From the human T2T-CHM13v2.0 reference genome, Homo sapiens: a DNA stretch of 64,000 nucleotides. The position numbers and the translations under genes are program-made. A model generated the notes under the pieces. It was not told the DNA's origin. It did no database searches and was given only the letters and a program-made list of their open reading frames with translations. Positions 52,060-64,000 of the stretch are shown piece by piece. The stretch's first letter is position 1. Every line of letters begins with the position of its first letter. The stretch lies in assembly GCF_009914755.1 (NCBI RefSeq), contig NC_060927.1, one strand, 5' to 3'.

Positions 52060-52610
52060 ATTGAGGTCTCTTTCAGTTATGGATATAAAAATCAATTTAA
52101 ACGGCTTAAGTAAAAAAGAGGATTTACTGACACCCATATGAGAATAAAAAATAATGATGTCATGGCTTCAGGCACAGTTGGATTCATTTATTCAATGTCA
52201 CCATAAATTACACTTTCTCTCTGAGCTCTGCTCTCATTTGGATTGGTCATATCTGGCAAAATATTTCTGTGTGCAGACAAGAGAGCGACCCCTAGCTTCT
52301 GATTCACATTCTATCATCTTAATTACCTTAAGCCCAAGATAACTTTTTTCCAAGTGCTTCCGAGCAAAGTGTTGTAGTTGTACCTCATTGGACTAACTTG
52401 GACTGCATGCCCAGTTACCCTAGCCCGGAGAAAGAAATATGCTGATTGGCTAGACCTAGTCACATGATCTCCACAGATGCTAGGAGCTGAGGTTAATCAC
52501 CCCCACAGCACAGTGATGAAGAGTAGAAATGACTTGACACTCCCCAAAGTGGTAAGGTGTTTTTACCAAGAAGGTGGTGTAATTCAACATCAAAAAGTTC
52601 CCTAAATATT
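52060..52610 (-). mobile_element. MLT1K/L-family MaLR LTR
   Basis: ggcttaagtaaaaaagaggatttactg...ggcttcaggcacagttggat...ctcattggactaacttgg...atgctgattggctagacctagtcacatg. Confidence 0.7.
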
Positions 52611-53059
52611 ATATATGTAGTAAACTAAATGTTTGAAGTCAGAGTTAATAATATCAACTTGCCTGGTAAGGACTACCCTGAATATTATCAAATTGAATGA
52701 TGAATAGTTTTTAGAAAGCAGTATTTTTCAGCCCTATATTAGCAAAAAATGGAGATACTGCTTTCTATTGACTAATATGGAGTGACATTTTGGTAACCAA
52801 GACCCATAAAGTTACTGTTTTCTGAAATTTTCTTATTCTTGAAGCAGAGCCTCAAGATCCTACACATTATGCTTTTTAAGTGTTTTCCAGATTAAATGAT
52901 ATCAAAATATCGTAGTTAATTGGTGCTATTTTTATAGACCATCAGAAAAATTCATAAAAGTGAAAAATATGACCACATGTTACCTGTGCAGTAGAGTATT
53001 GTCTAACCACTGGATTGACTATTTTTAAAATTTTGTTAGTGAAGTGAGAAACTTCACAG

Positions 53060-53208
53060 AGTAGACAGTGATCATGAGTGTGTCATGTCAGTTCGCAGAG
53101 CCCCACCTCAGACTTACACAATCTGAAACTCTGAGGGTAAGTCTAGCAGTCACTGTTTAATCAAGCCTACCACAGGATTCTGATGCATACTAAGATTTAA
53201 GAACTACC
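53060..53208 (+). mobile_element. MER5A fragment
   Basis: gccccacctcagacttac...gaaactctgaggg...gattctgatgcatactaagatttaagaac. Confidence 0.75.
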
Positions 53209-53299
53209 AAATGAGCATTGACACACAGTTTGTTGTCAACAATTTTACAGCAATAAAAATTTCATTAAAATATCTATTCTGATAGTACTTGCACTAGTA

Positions 53300-53470
53300 A
53301 TAGTAGTTGTAGTAATTACTAATGTTTATTAATCCCTTACTATATGTCAGGCACTGCATATCTCAGTTGATGACCACAACTCTAGAAATTAGATGCCCTT
53401 GTTATTCCCATTTTTTGAAAGAGAAAATTGAGGATGAAAACAAAGTGCTTAGTCAAGGCCACACAGTAAA
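53300..53470 (-). mobile_element. MIR fragment
   Basis: tttattaatcccttactatatgtcaggcactg...ttattcccatttt...caaggccacacag. Confidence 0.7.
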
Positions 53471-54375
53471 TAAAGAACGCTTCCTTTTATTAATCACCAG
53501 TCTCATTCTATAATTTTGGCAATTGGAAAAGTACCTTCTGCAGGTAGCAATGGAGTAACAATAGACTCAGAGACTTAGAAACAGGAAGACCCTTCACTGT
53601 TTTGCTTTACATTCATTTGAATGTAAACCCTGTCTGTTTATATTTTTCATTGTATGAAAAAAGAGAAGATGAGGTTATTTTTTAAAAACCTTACAGTATT
53701 TTTCTTGATAAGATGTAATCACTGCTGTATGAAGGATATGGACGTTTGGAAGCTATTCCTTCCTTCTGCCTATGATCCATGCACCAGTACAAACCTGGTC
53801 ATTTTATTTCAATAACATGCAGCATCAGCAGAGTCCATTGTGCGTTTATAGCCTTAGAGCTCGTCGTGTTGATTGGAGTCGTGTTTTAGCCAGGTTCCTA
53901 TTTCTTTCAGCTAAGTAGTTACAGCAAGCTGTAACTTCATGCGACAAGCCTGGACATAGCTTTTCCTTTTGGCCCCAAGAAACTTCTGGGATGCATTTTC
54001 TGTGTATGTAGGGTCCCACCAGATTTAAGAAAAGAAATGACTCATTTTTCCACCACTGCATTTTTGTAGTCTGGCTTATGTCACCAATCAGGACAAGGCT
54101 ACTCAATCTGGCTTCTTCCATTAAGGGACTGGCTCTAACATAGAGCCTTCTGGTTTTTGAACCAAACTCAGATCCAGCAAGGCCTCATTCTCATTTTGGC
54201 AAGAAAGTAAGGCCAGTTGGCCTGAACAATATTTTAACCTCTATCTTTTCAGGGCCCCAGGGATTTCATCTCCCCACAGGAAAAAAAAGGACCAAGCCAG
54301 GCCTTCAGGTTGTTTGCATATGCCTGTAGCTCAGGCTGCCCTGCTGTGCAGAATTTCCTCCAAGTTGTATGCTTG

Positions 54376-54931
54376 GGTGGTAGGCATGGATCTAAGATGC
54401 CCCCAAGGTTCTCACTACTTAGTGTGCTCTGAATAAGCGCCTCCTCTTGAGTGTGTGCAGGCCTGGCCTAATTAGGTGAGCCCTTTAAAAAACAGGTGTA
54501 ATGGAAGAGGCAAAATGTCTAAGAAATTCCACACTGCAGAGATGTCCTCTCTCTTGCCTTGGAGGAACAACTGCCATTTCATGGATGGGGCCACATGGAA
54601 AGGGCCTGCGAGTAACCTCTGGGTGCCAAGAGGGAAACCCACCCAATGACTAGCAAAAAAATGGGATGATTGGCCATACAACTGCAAGGAAATGAATTCT
54701 GCCAGCAACCTGAGGGGTTCAGAAGCACATCTTCACTTAGTCAGTCAAGCCTCCACATGAGAACACAGCCAGCTGACAGATTAATTTCAGCCCTGTGAGA
54801 CCTTGAGCAGAGGACCCAGCTAAAACATGCCAGCCTCCTGATACACAGAAACAGTGCAGTGACAAATTTGTGTTGTTTTAAGCCACTAGATCTGTGGTGA
54901 TTTTTAAATTCAGCAATAGAAAACTAATACA
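54376..54931 (+). mobile_element. MLT1E2-like MaLR solo LTR
   Basis: gtggtaggcatggatctaagatgccccc...catacaactgcaaggaaatgaattctgccagcaacctga...cagcaatagaaaactaataca. Confidence 0.85.
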
Positions 54932-56337
54932 GCCTGGAACATGCCTAACCTTCCATGCAGAATATTACATTATACAGCAGTAATTTCCAAGACTGTTAGA
55001 TAAAAAATGGATAATGTGGCTCTATAACAAATGGAAAGCAACATAGAAATGTTGTGATTCTTGTAGACAATTAAGTTAAGAGGGTAGCATATCGTATTAT
55101 CATTGTCCCTTCTTGCTTCTTAACCAGTTTATTTGCTGTCTCCCACATGCATTATTACATTATATGTGTTCTCAGCAGTTTCAGCCTGTGATTTTCTGGC
55201 TTCCAATGTGTTTAGACATTGACTCAAAATTGCAGTCATAGGTTTTGCTTTTTTAAATTGTTAAAATGCTATCATTCTATCAACAAATACTACAACATTA
55301 CTAAAACTTTTTTTCATTATATTGTTCATGTTTGCTGTTAAGTTAGGGAACTTATTTTTTTCTCATTTTGTAATACAAATACAGCTATAATAAGAGGCAT
55401 AAAACCCACACAATTTATATATACTTCATTGTCTCAGATTGAAAATCAAAAATACATAGTTCAAATCTATAGATGTGGAGCCCGTAGTAGCTGAAATTGT
55501 GGGCCTATATTTTAAACTCATCAGCATCACTTTTAATTTTTTTTCCTAAACACAGTTAAACATGGTCTGAAAGTGCCAAACTCCATCACAATTTTTTTCC
55601 CCTTTTTCCTGGCCCGGGTTTGTAATGAGCTTGTGTTTGAGAGAAAGAGAAAAGGAGAAAATAATTGGAACTGTCTCTCGTTACCACTAACTCCTGTTTT
55701 TGAAGGTTTTTCTATTGTTTAACACCTTCCATTTGTTTTACCTTAGAAGCGTGATTCAGTTATCAAAACCTGAAGAAAATGAAATCTAACTTATAAGGCT
55801 TCATCATAAATATGGTGACTCAAGTCAGGAAAACCAAGCTGTCTGAAGGCCTGGATTTTAGATTTTCCTCTGAAATGAAAGTTGGCCCTACAGATGCCTC
55901 TGGGGACCATCCTGACAGGCCAGGTATTCTCACCATGGTTATCAGTGTGAATACACATAAGCTCTTGTGATCAAGGGCTTTGCTAGCTGCTCATCCATTA
56001 GGTAAAGTCTGGTGGGTATAGACTTGGGACTTACTACCAAAGGGATCATATCCTCCAGGATTACCTGACTCACTGAATCATCTCAAAGTTCCAATGTTTA
56101 CCCTTCAGTCTAGCATAATGAAGGGAATCTGTTTTGATGTGCAATACACAATGTCTCAATTTCTCAGAGCTGAGAAAGACTATAAATATTCAACAGTCTT
56201 TTGCCTAACACGTGTACCCATTCTTCCCAAGCTCTATTCAGTAAGCCACCCTACTGTTGCTGCTACTACTGATGCAGCTCCTGCTGCTAGTTAACCTTTT
56301 TGTAATGTTTACTATGTTCCACACACTTGGAGGTAGT

Positions 56338-56860
56338 ATATTGGTTATCTATTACCACATAACATATAAACTCCAAAACTGAGCAGCTAAAACAAGATTG
56401 ATGATCTCACACAGTTTCCAGTACTGGCTTTGTTGGGTGGTTCCAGCTGTGGTCATTGTCTCATGATGTTGTAATTCAAATATTGCCTGTGGCTACAGGC
56501 ATCTGTAAGCTTTATGGGACTGGAAGACCCAGTGCTAAGACAACCCACACACTTAACTTGCAAGGAGATGCTGGCTATTGAAAGGAGACCTTTGTCCCTT
56601 ATCATTTGGACTTCTTTATGGGGCTGCTAGAGTCTCTTCACAACTTGGCAGCTAGCCTCCCCCAAGCGAGTGATCCAAGAGAGAACAAGGCAGCCTTAGC
56701 TGTGTATTTTATGACCTAGCCTCGAAATCATGCACCATCATTTCTACAATATCTTATCGGCTATGCAGGTTAGTTTCATTCAGTGTGGGGGAAGACTGCA
56801 CAAGGGCATGAATACCAGGTGGCAATAATCACTGGTGCCCATCTTGGAGGCTCCAATATG
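56338..56860 (-). mobile_element. MLT1F-family MaLR LTR
   Basis: tattggttatctatt...gagtgatccaagagag...ttttatgacctagcctcgaa...agggcatgaataccagg...ccatcttggaggct. Confidence 0.85.
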
Positions 56861-57019
56861 TAGGTATAACACATAATTTATACTTACAAAGTGTATATTC
56901 TATATGCTATTCTCAACTATTAAATCATTTTCCTGGTGTGAAGGATATATTTAAGAGAGAAGATTCTAAACATACTGACTAATGCCTTCATTTTCATAAT
57001 GATTCCGTCTGAATTTGGA

Positions 57020-58020
57020 TATTTGAAAATATTTACTGACATTCTACCATCTGCTAGTCACCCTTCTGGGTACCAAAAATACTGTGGTGATTGAGATAGA
57101 CAGAATGACAGCCCTCATGAAGCATATAGTCTAGAGTGGAGAAACTCTGTTTTAGTCCATTTGTGTTGCTATAAAGGAATACTTGAGACGGGGTAATTTA
57201 TAAAGAAAAGAGGTTTATTTGGCTCACAGTTCTCCAGGCTGCATAAGCAGCATGGTGCTGGCATCTGGTGAAGGCCTCAGGCTGCTTCCACTCATGGCAG
57301 AAGGTGAAGGGAGCTGGTGTGTGCAGAGATCCATAAAGAGAGGTGAGGCAAGAGAGAGATAAGAAAGTTGCCAGGCTCTTTTTAACAACCACCTTTTATG
57401 GGAACTAACAGAGCAAGAACTCTGGCCATTGTTCACAGTGACACAGCACCAAGCCGTTTATGAGGAATCCACCCTCATGATCAACAACTCTCTTTAGGTC
57501 CCACCTCCAACAGTGGGAATGACATTTTAACATTAGGCTTGGAGGGTCAAATATCCAAACTATATAGCAAACTCTAATCAAGTAAATAGACTGCCATGAG
57601 CTTCATAATAAAGATAAAAGCATTGAGATGGAAAATTAGTGGTAAGTGGAGGTTACCTAGGATAGGGTAGCCACAGTGGGCTTTCCTGAAGAGACAGCAT
57701 TTGACTCAAGAACAACAGCCTGAGTATGAGCCTGTAATATGAAGACGGGAAGCTGCTTGGGGAGAGGAGGGGCAAATCAGACCAGGAAAGAGACTGGTCT
57801 GTTCAAGACCCGAAAAAAAAAAAATTAGTGTGGCTGAAGCAAAGTGGAGAGGAGAGGGGTAAGAGATGAGATTGTAATGAGAGAAAAAGGCCAGATCACA
57901 TAGTGCTCTGTGAGTCACTTCTAAATTTAATGGCAGCCATTGAGAAGTTTTTAGTAGAGAAGCAGCATGATATTCTTTGTGTTTTGGGATGCTCAGTCTT
58001 GCTACTAGTTAAAAAATAGA
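57020..58020 (-). mobile_element. L2 3' portion split by an MSTB LTR
   Basis: aaatatttactgac...gccctcatgaagcatatagtctag before the LTR; gtgtggctgaagc...ggccagatcacatag...agccattgagaagttttt after it. Confidence 0.75.
57148..57569 (-). mobile_element. MSTB/MSTB1 solo LTR
   Basis: tgttttagtccatttgtgttgctataaaggaatac...ccactcatggcagaaggtgaagggag...ccaaactatatagca; perfect 5-bp TSD aactc (57143-57147 / 57570-57574). Confidence 0.93.
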
Positions 58021-60084
58021 GGGTCAGTTTCAGCTGCTATTATCTTTGTTCCCCTTTTTGTCTCCTTATAGGTCCGGATGACTTTGGCTTTCAAATGAGA
58101 CATCTTCCCCCTGCAATGAGCAGTCACTTTTCTTTCCTCCCACTAAACATTATTAAAACCATGAATCACTCATACAGTATAAGTGTGTATCCATTCACCT
58201 TTTTATTACATTTTCTCAGCTTTTATCCCCTTTCAGAATTGTACTTTACCTGAAATTCCTTTTCTTGGTGTTATCCATACAATATGCCAATCAGTTTTTT
58301 AAAAGTATGTCTAAATAAGGCCAGCCAAGGTGAAAAGTTGAGGCAATGGTGGTCAGAGTTGGAGAAAGGGGATGGTTGCCATGGAATTATTCATCCCTGA
58401 CCCATGTGCGATCTTTACTTGGTGCTGCACTGACACACTCAGCTATGTGGTTGAATCACACACTAAGCTGCTGGGTGGGATTGTAGCCCACGGTCCCAGC
58501 CAAAGGAGGAAAAGTCATCTTTAGAAACTCTCAGGATATGCCACATTCCCTCGCGTTAACCCTCCTCTGGGCCCAGCTAACTTAACTTACAAATGGTGGT
58601 ATTTTTTTTTTTTTAATCATTTTAGAGAGAGTAAAAACATAACACAGGTAGTGAGGTTATTAGCTCCTCTGCACTTCAACAGAAGTCAGTAGTTGATTCT
58701 GTTGGATGATATAATCGGTTATAACACTTTGTTGCCAGTAAAAAAGAAACCAACTCCAGCTAATGTAAGTGGAAACTGAATTTATTGGATGACTACCAAG
58801 AGACTTGAAAAATTGAAGGAAATGTTGGAAAAATAACTTTAAAAGGGAAAAATCAAACTGTGTCCATAATTTAAGACATAGCACCCAGATCTAGCTCATA
58901 GTCTCTTCAAGTTGTCACTTCTGGAATGAATGAATGTCATCGTTATTTTCTTGTTGTCTTTTTTCCCTTTTGCATCCTTCTGCTTAATATTAAAAATCTC
59001 AAAAGAGAGCTCATTGATCTGGCTTGGCTGTATGTAGTTAAGAGAAGTAATATCCCAGGAGGAAATCAGAGTGCTATTACCAAAAGTGATACCTTCCCTT
59101 TACTTTCATGTATTCTTCCCCCAAGCTCCCTGTGGAGTCAGGGGGTAGGGCCTGGAGTATATGAAAGATATTAGATCTTCGGAGAAATGTCATCAAGACT
59201 GTGTGGATTCCATAAATTCCACACCCAGCCAGGAAGATGCACACCTTACGTGTTCCAAGTAATTTTATCAGTATATTACAATAAATCACATGCCACATCT
59301 TTCTGCATAATGACCTCCAGTTTAGTAATTGCACTCACAGTAAATGTCTGTGATCAGAAAGTGTACCCAGCTTAGAACTTCTTACCATTGGAGCCAGTGG
59401 GAAAGTTCTGCTTAAAGCCAGTAGAGCCTTTAGCACATTCTTCCAATATTGAATCAATTCAACCTTGACTTTCATAAAAAGTTATTTGATTTTTGCCTGC
59501 CTTAACCTCAGATGGTTATTATACACACAAAAAAAGACTATATACAGAAGAGTTAACTACAAAGTAGGCAATATGGTTCCCAATATTACCTATGTATATA
59601 TGTGTCTACTGCAGTATGCCACTGGGCTGTGTCAAAGCTGTTTCTCAGTTAATTTTGAGTACCCTAGTAAAACACATTAGTATTGGTTTCTTGGATTTGC
59701 TTGTTAGAAGGAATGGATCAGCTGGGATATTGGTCTTTTCCTTGACATACATCAACAACTCTTGACACTCAACATGGTCCAAATGCTTTGTCTGTCCTTT
59801 TCATGCTTTCTAGTTATCATAGAATTCAGGCATTTCCTTAATTTGCCAAGCACACTTGAAACAATGTTATTTCCTTATTAAACCAATCAGGAATTGATCT
59901 CTGAGTATAGAAGCTGTGATGCTTTGATACTCTCCTGGCCACATGGCATAGATACAGCTTTTAATATAGTCTTCTAAAATTCTCCCATTCAATTTCTTAG
60001 GTACTATAAGGCCTTTCCCTTTGCACAAAATTTGGTGTGATTAAGTTCTGGCCACCTAACTCTGTGATTTCTATTGGTTGGAGG

Positions 60085-60320
60085 AGCATAGTGTTCGAGA
60101 GCTCAGGTTCCTGGTTCACAGAGACCAGAGTTCACACTCTCATGCCGTTTCTTTCTCACTGTGTGACTTTGAGCAAGTTCCTTAGTTTTTCTGGGCTTCT
60201 ATTTCCTGGTTTTCAGATAAATATAATAATAATAAATGAGGTTAAGTAGGATATTATGTGCTAAATTCTTGATTCTGTGTCTAACACAAAGAGCTCACAA
60301 AATGTTAACAGTTATCATCA
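60085..60320 (+). mobile_element. MIR SINE
   Basis: ctgtgtgactttgagcaagttccttag...ctgggcttctatttcc. Confidence 0.75.
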
Positions 60321-60824
60321 GCAACTGCAGTTTGCCCTTTCAAACTACCTCCTCTTACATATACTGTATTTGGTTATTCATTACATTCAAAGGAGAATTT
60401 ATTGTCCCTGTTTTTTAAATAATACACATCAATTTTTTTTAAGTGGGAAGAAAAGAGAGACCCCACTGAGTGAGTGGGGAGTTCCCCACAATTTTAGTCC
60501 AAGTGTCTTAATAAGAAAGAAAGTTGCACTTTTGCTTAGAGGTTGTATATACTGTTGCTGATCTGTGAAATGAAGGACACTCAGATTTCTGCATTATTTA
60601 ATCATATCAATATAAAGCTCCATAAAACTACTTTAAATTCAATGAAGCATCATTAGCCCAGTATGCTAAGGAGGTTTCACTGTGAATTTATGCGGTTATA
60701 ACTGAAATCAAAACCTGACATAATGTATATGCCTAAGAGGAATAATAAGAACAATAATAATAAATAGATCATACTCAATATATGCCAAGCACTTTCCATG
60801 CATTATTCTATTTAATCTTCACAC

Positions 60825-60980
60825 TAAGCAGTGTGGTGCTTAAGAAGCATAAAAATGTGGTGAGAGTACAGGATTTGGAGGTCAGACAATCTAAGCTGAA
60901 ATTTAGGCTATGTGGCCTTTGCCCAGTTAATCTTCACGTCCCAATTTTTCCATCTGAAAAAATAAAGTATATAATTTCTG
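60825..60980 (+). mobile_element. MIR, apparently interrupted by the L1MC3 and resuming at ~63318
   Basis: ggatttggaggtcagac...ctatgtggcctttg...ttccatctgaaaa; gagggttagtatgacaattaagataacg follows the L1. Confidence 0.6.
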
Positions 60981-60984
60981 AAAA

Positions 60985-63312
60985 ATGGAAGGTTAGAGAA
61001 AATCTAGGTAATCTTGCTTGGATTTGGTGACAAGTCTTTAGATACAACACCTAAAGCATGACTCATGAAAGAAAATATCAATAAACTAGACTTCATTAAA
61101 AATTACAAACTTCTGCTCTGTGAAAGATATTGTTAAGAGAATGAAAAGACAAGCCATGACTGGGGAGAAAATATGTGCAAAATACATTTCTGATAAGGGA
61201 CGATGAGCCATTAGAATGACAAAAATCTTAAAAACTGGCAATACTAAATGCTGACAAGAATGTGGAACAACAGGACCTCATTGTTGATGGAAATAAAGAA
61301 TGGTATAGCTACTTTAGAAGACAGTTCGGCAGTTTCTTACAAAGCTAAACATAATCTTACCCTATGATCCAGCAGTCACACTCCTAGCTATTTACCCAAC
61401 TGATTTGAAAGCCTATGTCCACACAATAACCCTCACACACATGTTCATAGTGGCTTTATTCATAAACATCCCAAACTGTAAACAACCAAGATGTCCTTCA
61501 ATCAGTGAATTGATAAACAAACTGTGGTACACTCATCCAGTGGAATGTTATTCAGCCAAAAAGATAAATGAGCTATCAAGCCATAGAGAGACATGGAGGA
61601 AACTTAAATGCATGTTACTAAGTAAAAGAAGCCAATCTGAAAAGGCTACCTACTCTATTATTCCAACCACAAAACATTCTGGAAAAGGCAAAACTTCAGA
61701 GAAAGTAAAAAGATTAGTGGTTGCCAGAAGTTCAGGAGGAGGCAAGGTTGAATAGGTGGAGCAGAGAAGATTTTTTTAAAGCAGAAAAACTGCTCTGTAC
61801 GATAGTCTAATTGTGGACATATGACAAAACGCATTTGTCAAAACCCATTGAACTTGAATGCACATACAATGGACCTTAATGTTTGCAGATTTTTAAAAAC
61901 CGTTTTCAAGAACAGGGGAATCCCAGATGAATGCAGAATATGACTAAAAATCCTAATTCTATTAAAATATATAAAACACCTTCACTGAAGGCAGTGGGGG
62001 AAAACAATGCTGACTTTAGTAATTTTGGAAATGTGTAGTCTGTAAAATTAAAGGAAAATAAGACTGTGCATAAGCACTGAGATTGGGTTGATAAAGTTGT
62101 ATTCCACAAAAGCATGGGTTAAATGTGTATATATGCGGCATTGTTATACACGTATATTTCCTTGACATAGCAGTGAGCACACTTAGTGCCCAGATCATAG
62201 TTTCCAATAGTATGACTCAATTGTAAAGACCAGAGATTTTTGGAAAATTGGATAATTCTAGGAATGGGACAGGAAATACATAAGATGAGTCTGGAGCATC
62301 TTGTAGTACCAGTAAGCAAGAAAAGGCTCAAAAAAGACATCACTCCATAATCGCAGAGTCAAAGGGACACGGGAACCAACTGAAGAGCTCCCAAGAGCCA
62401 GCACTGGAGCAATGAGCAACAAAATGAATAAAGTGATATGGGATTATAAGCCAAAGTACAAAATAAATATCCATTGGCTTTACTGATATAAAGAAATGAT
62501 CGAATAAATAAATGGAGGAGAAAAGACAAATCTACCATGCAGGAGAATTCCAAATAATTTAGATTGAAAATCTACCCTCAAGGAGGGAGAGCACAACTCT
62601 CTGCCCTTTAAGTATGAATTCTGCATTGTGACTTTCTTCTGAAGTGTAAAGGATGGAAAAGTGAGTGAGGGGAAGAATAACTTTCCAATAGAGAAACCTG
62701 GCAAAGATTACCACAGCCAAGTTAACACAAACAAAAGTAATTGCAGTTTTCACCATTATTCTTAATGTAATTTATTAATTACTTTTAATGGCAAAAACTG
62801 CAATTTCTTTTGCACCAACCTAATATTATCTACCCTTGATATAGTGAAATAAAAATCATAGTTTATCTCTGTGGTCTTCCTCCCCCAAACCCATAATCCC
62901 AGTCTAATTATGGAAAAAAATCAGATAAATATAAATTGAACAATGTTCTATAAGTTATCTGACCAGTACTTCTCAAAACTATCAAGGTCATAAAAAACAA
63001 GAAAAAGTTTGAGAAACTGTCACAGCCAAGAAGACTAAAGAGACAGATGGCTCAATTATCCTGGATGGATGGGATCCTAGAACAGGGGAATAAAACAGGA
63101 CATTAAGTTAAAACTAAGGCAATCTGAATAAAGCATGGACTTTATTTAGTTAATAATATATTGAAATTGAATCATTAATTGTAAGAAGTGTACCATACTA
63201 ATACTAATGTAAGACATTAATAATAGAGGAAACTGCTGTGTGGGGATATAGGAACTCTGTACTCTTCATAATTTTTCTATAAATCTAATACTGCTCTAAA
63301 ATATTTTATTAA
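60985..63312 (+). mobile_element. L1MC3-like 3' fragment (ORF2 end + long 3' UTR)
   Basis: gacttcattaaaaattacaaacttctgctctgtgaaaga; ORF 61405-61755 (MFIVALF...KQPRCPS...KLWY) is L1 ORF2p C-terminus; 3' end ggaactctgtact...tttttctataaatctaa. Confidence 0.9.
62732..62823. mobile_element. MADE1 (Hsmar1-derived MITE), left terminus truncated, extended spacer
   Basis: caaaagtaattgcagtttt...taatggcaaaaactgcaatttcttttgcaccaacctaa matches the MADE1 inverted repeats. Confidence 0.92.
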
Positions 63313-64000
63313 ATTTGAGGGTTAGTATGACAATTAAGATAACGTGTTTTTCAAACCCTTTATATGTATTGATTTATTTCATTCTTACAAAGACAATCTG
63401 AGATAGCACACTTACTATCTCATTTAGCTTTCACAGTAAATTTATTTTTTCTTGCCTAATGTTAGATTTTATTATCATCATTATTATAATTGAAGGGTAT
63501 TTAGATTTGAATAAAATAAATACCTTTAAAGGTTTAGAGGAACCTCTGAAATTATATACTAAATGCCATATGCTGTGTGCCTTCCTGGGAAGAGCATCTG
63601 AAGCACTTCTTATGTCTTCAGATCTTTATGACAAATGGATCTTTACACAATATGTTTCCTGGAGATTTAATTGGCATCCCACATGATTTGATGTTTCAAT
63701 TTTCCAGGATTAATTCAATGTAGAAAATTCCAGCCTCTCAGGTCACAGTTACAGAAATTCGATGAAAGGTCCCAAGATTTTCATTTCTTTGTATTTAAAT
63801 AGATGTTGATTTCAGATTTTTTTCTCAACATCGACTGGCAAACAGCTTTAAGAAATAAATGATGCTCTAAAGTCTCCATTTTTATAGCATGTTTTGATGT
63901 AATGATGTACTTAGAAGGATCAAATGTAATTTCTTAATATGTAGGTTAATTAATTACAGCTTTTAAAAGAGAGTATATTCTTATTCATGATAATCCAGAT

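Overview
AT-rich primate genomic DNA, most likely human (AluY, AluS, AluJ, THE1, MST and MADE1 are present), from an intergenic or deep-intronic region. I recognise no protein-coding gene, RNA gene, CpG island or CRISPR array. Every recognisable ORF in the six-frame track is a retroelement remnant (L1 ORF1/ORF2, THE1-int, antisense Alu); the rest look like chance ORFs. Roughly half the window is interspersed repeat: 7 Alu copies or fragments, four old L1s (including a near-full-length L1MC at 43.7-49.9 kb), many L2/MIR, about 14 LTR elements, and hAT/mariner MITEs. Repeat subfamily names come from recalled consensus sequences, and boundaries of old elements are approximate. I see no evidence for a new multi-gene system. 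The best leads are: (1) two different AluJ copies 5.7 kb apart share an identical 16-bp 5' flank that is native to only one of them, suggesting a templated capture or gene-conversion event; (2) several + strand splice signals at 35-58 kb, including an AG|GTGAGT recursive-splice-like site, may mark a lncRNA; (3) repeat-free CpG-retaining blocks and a perfect Maf/NRF2-type palindrome look like enhancers; (4) a MADE1 hairpin of the mir-548 type.
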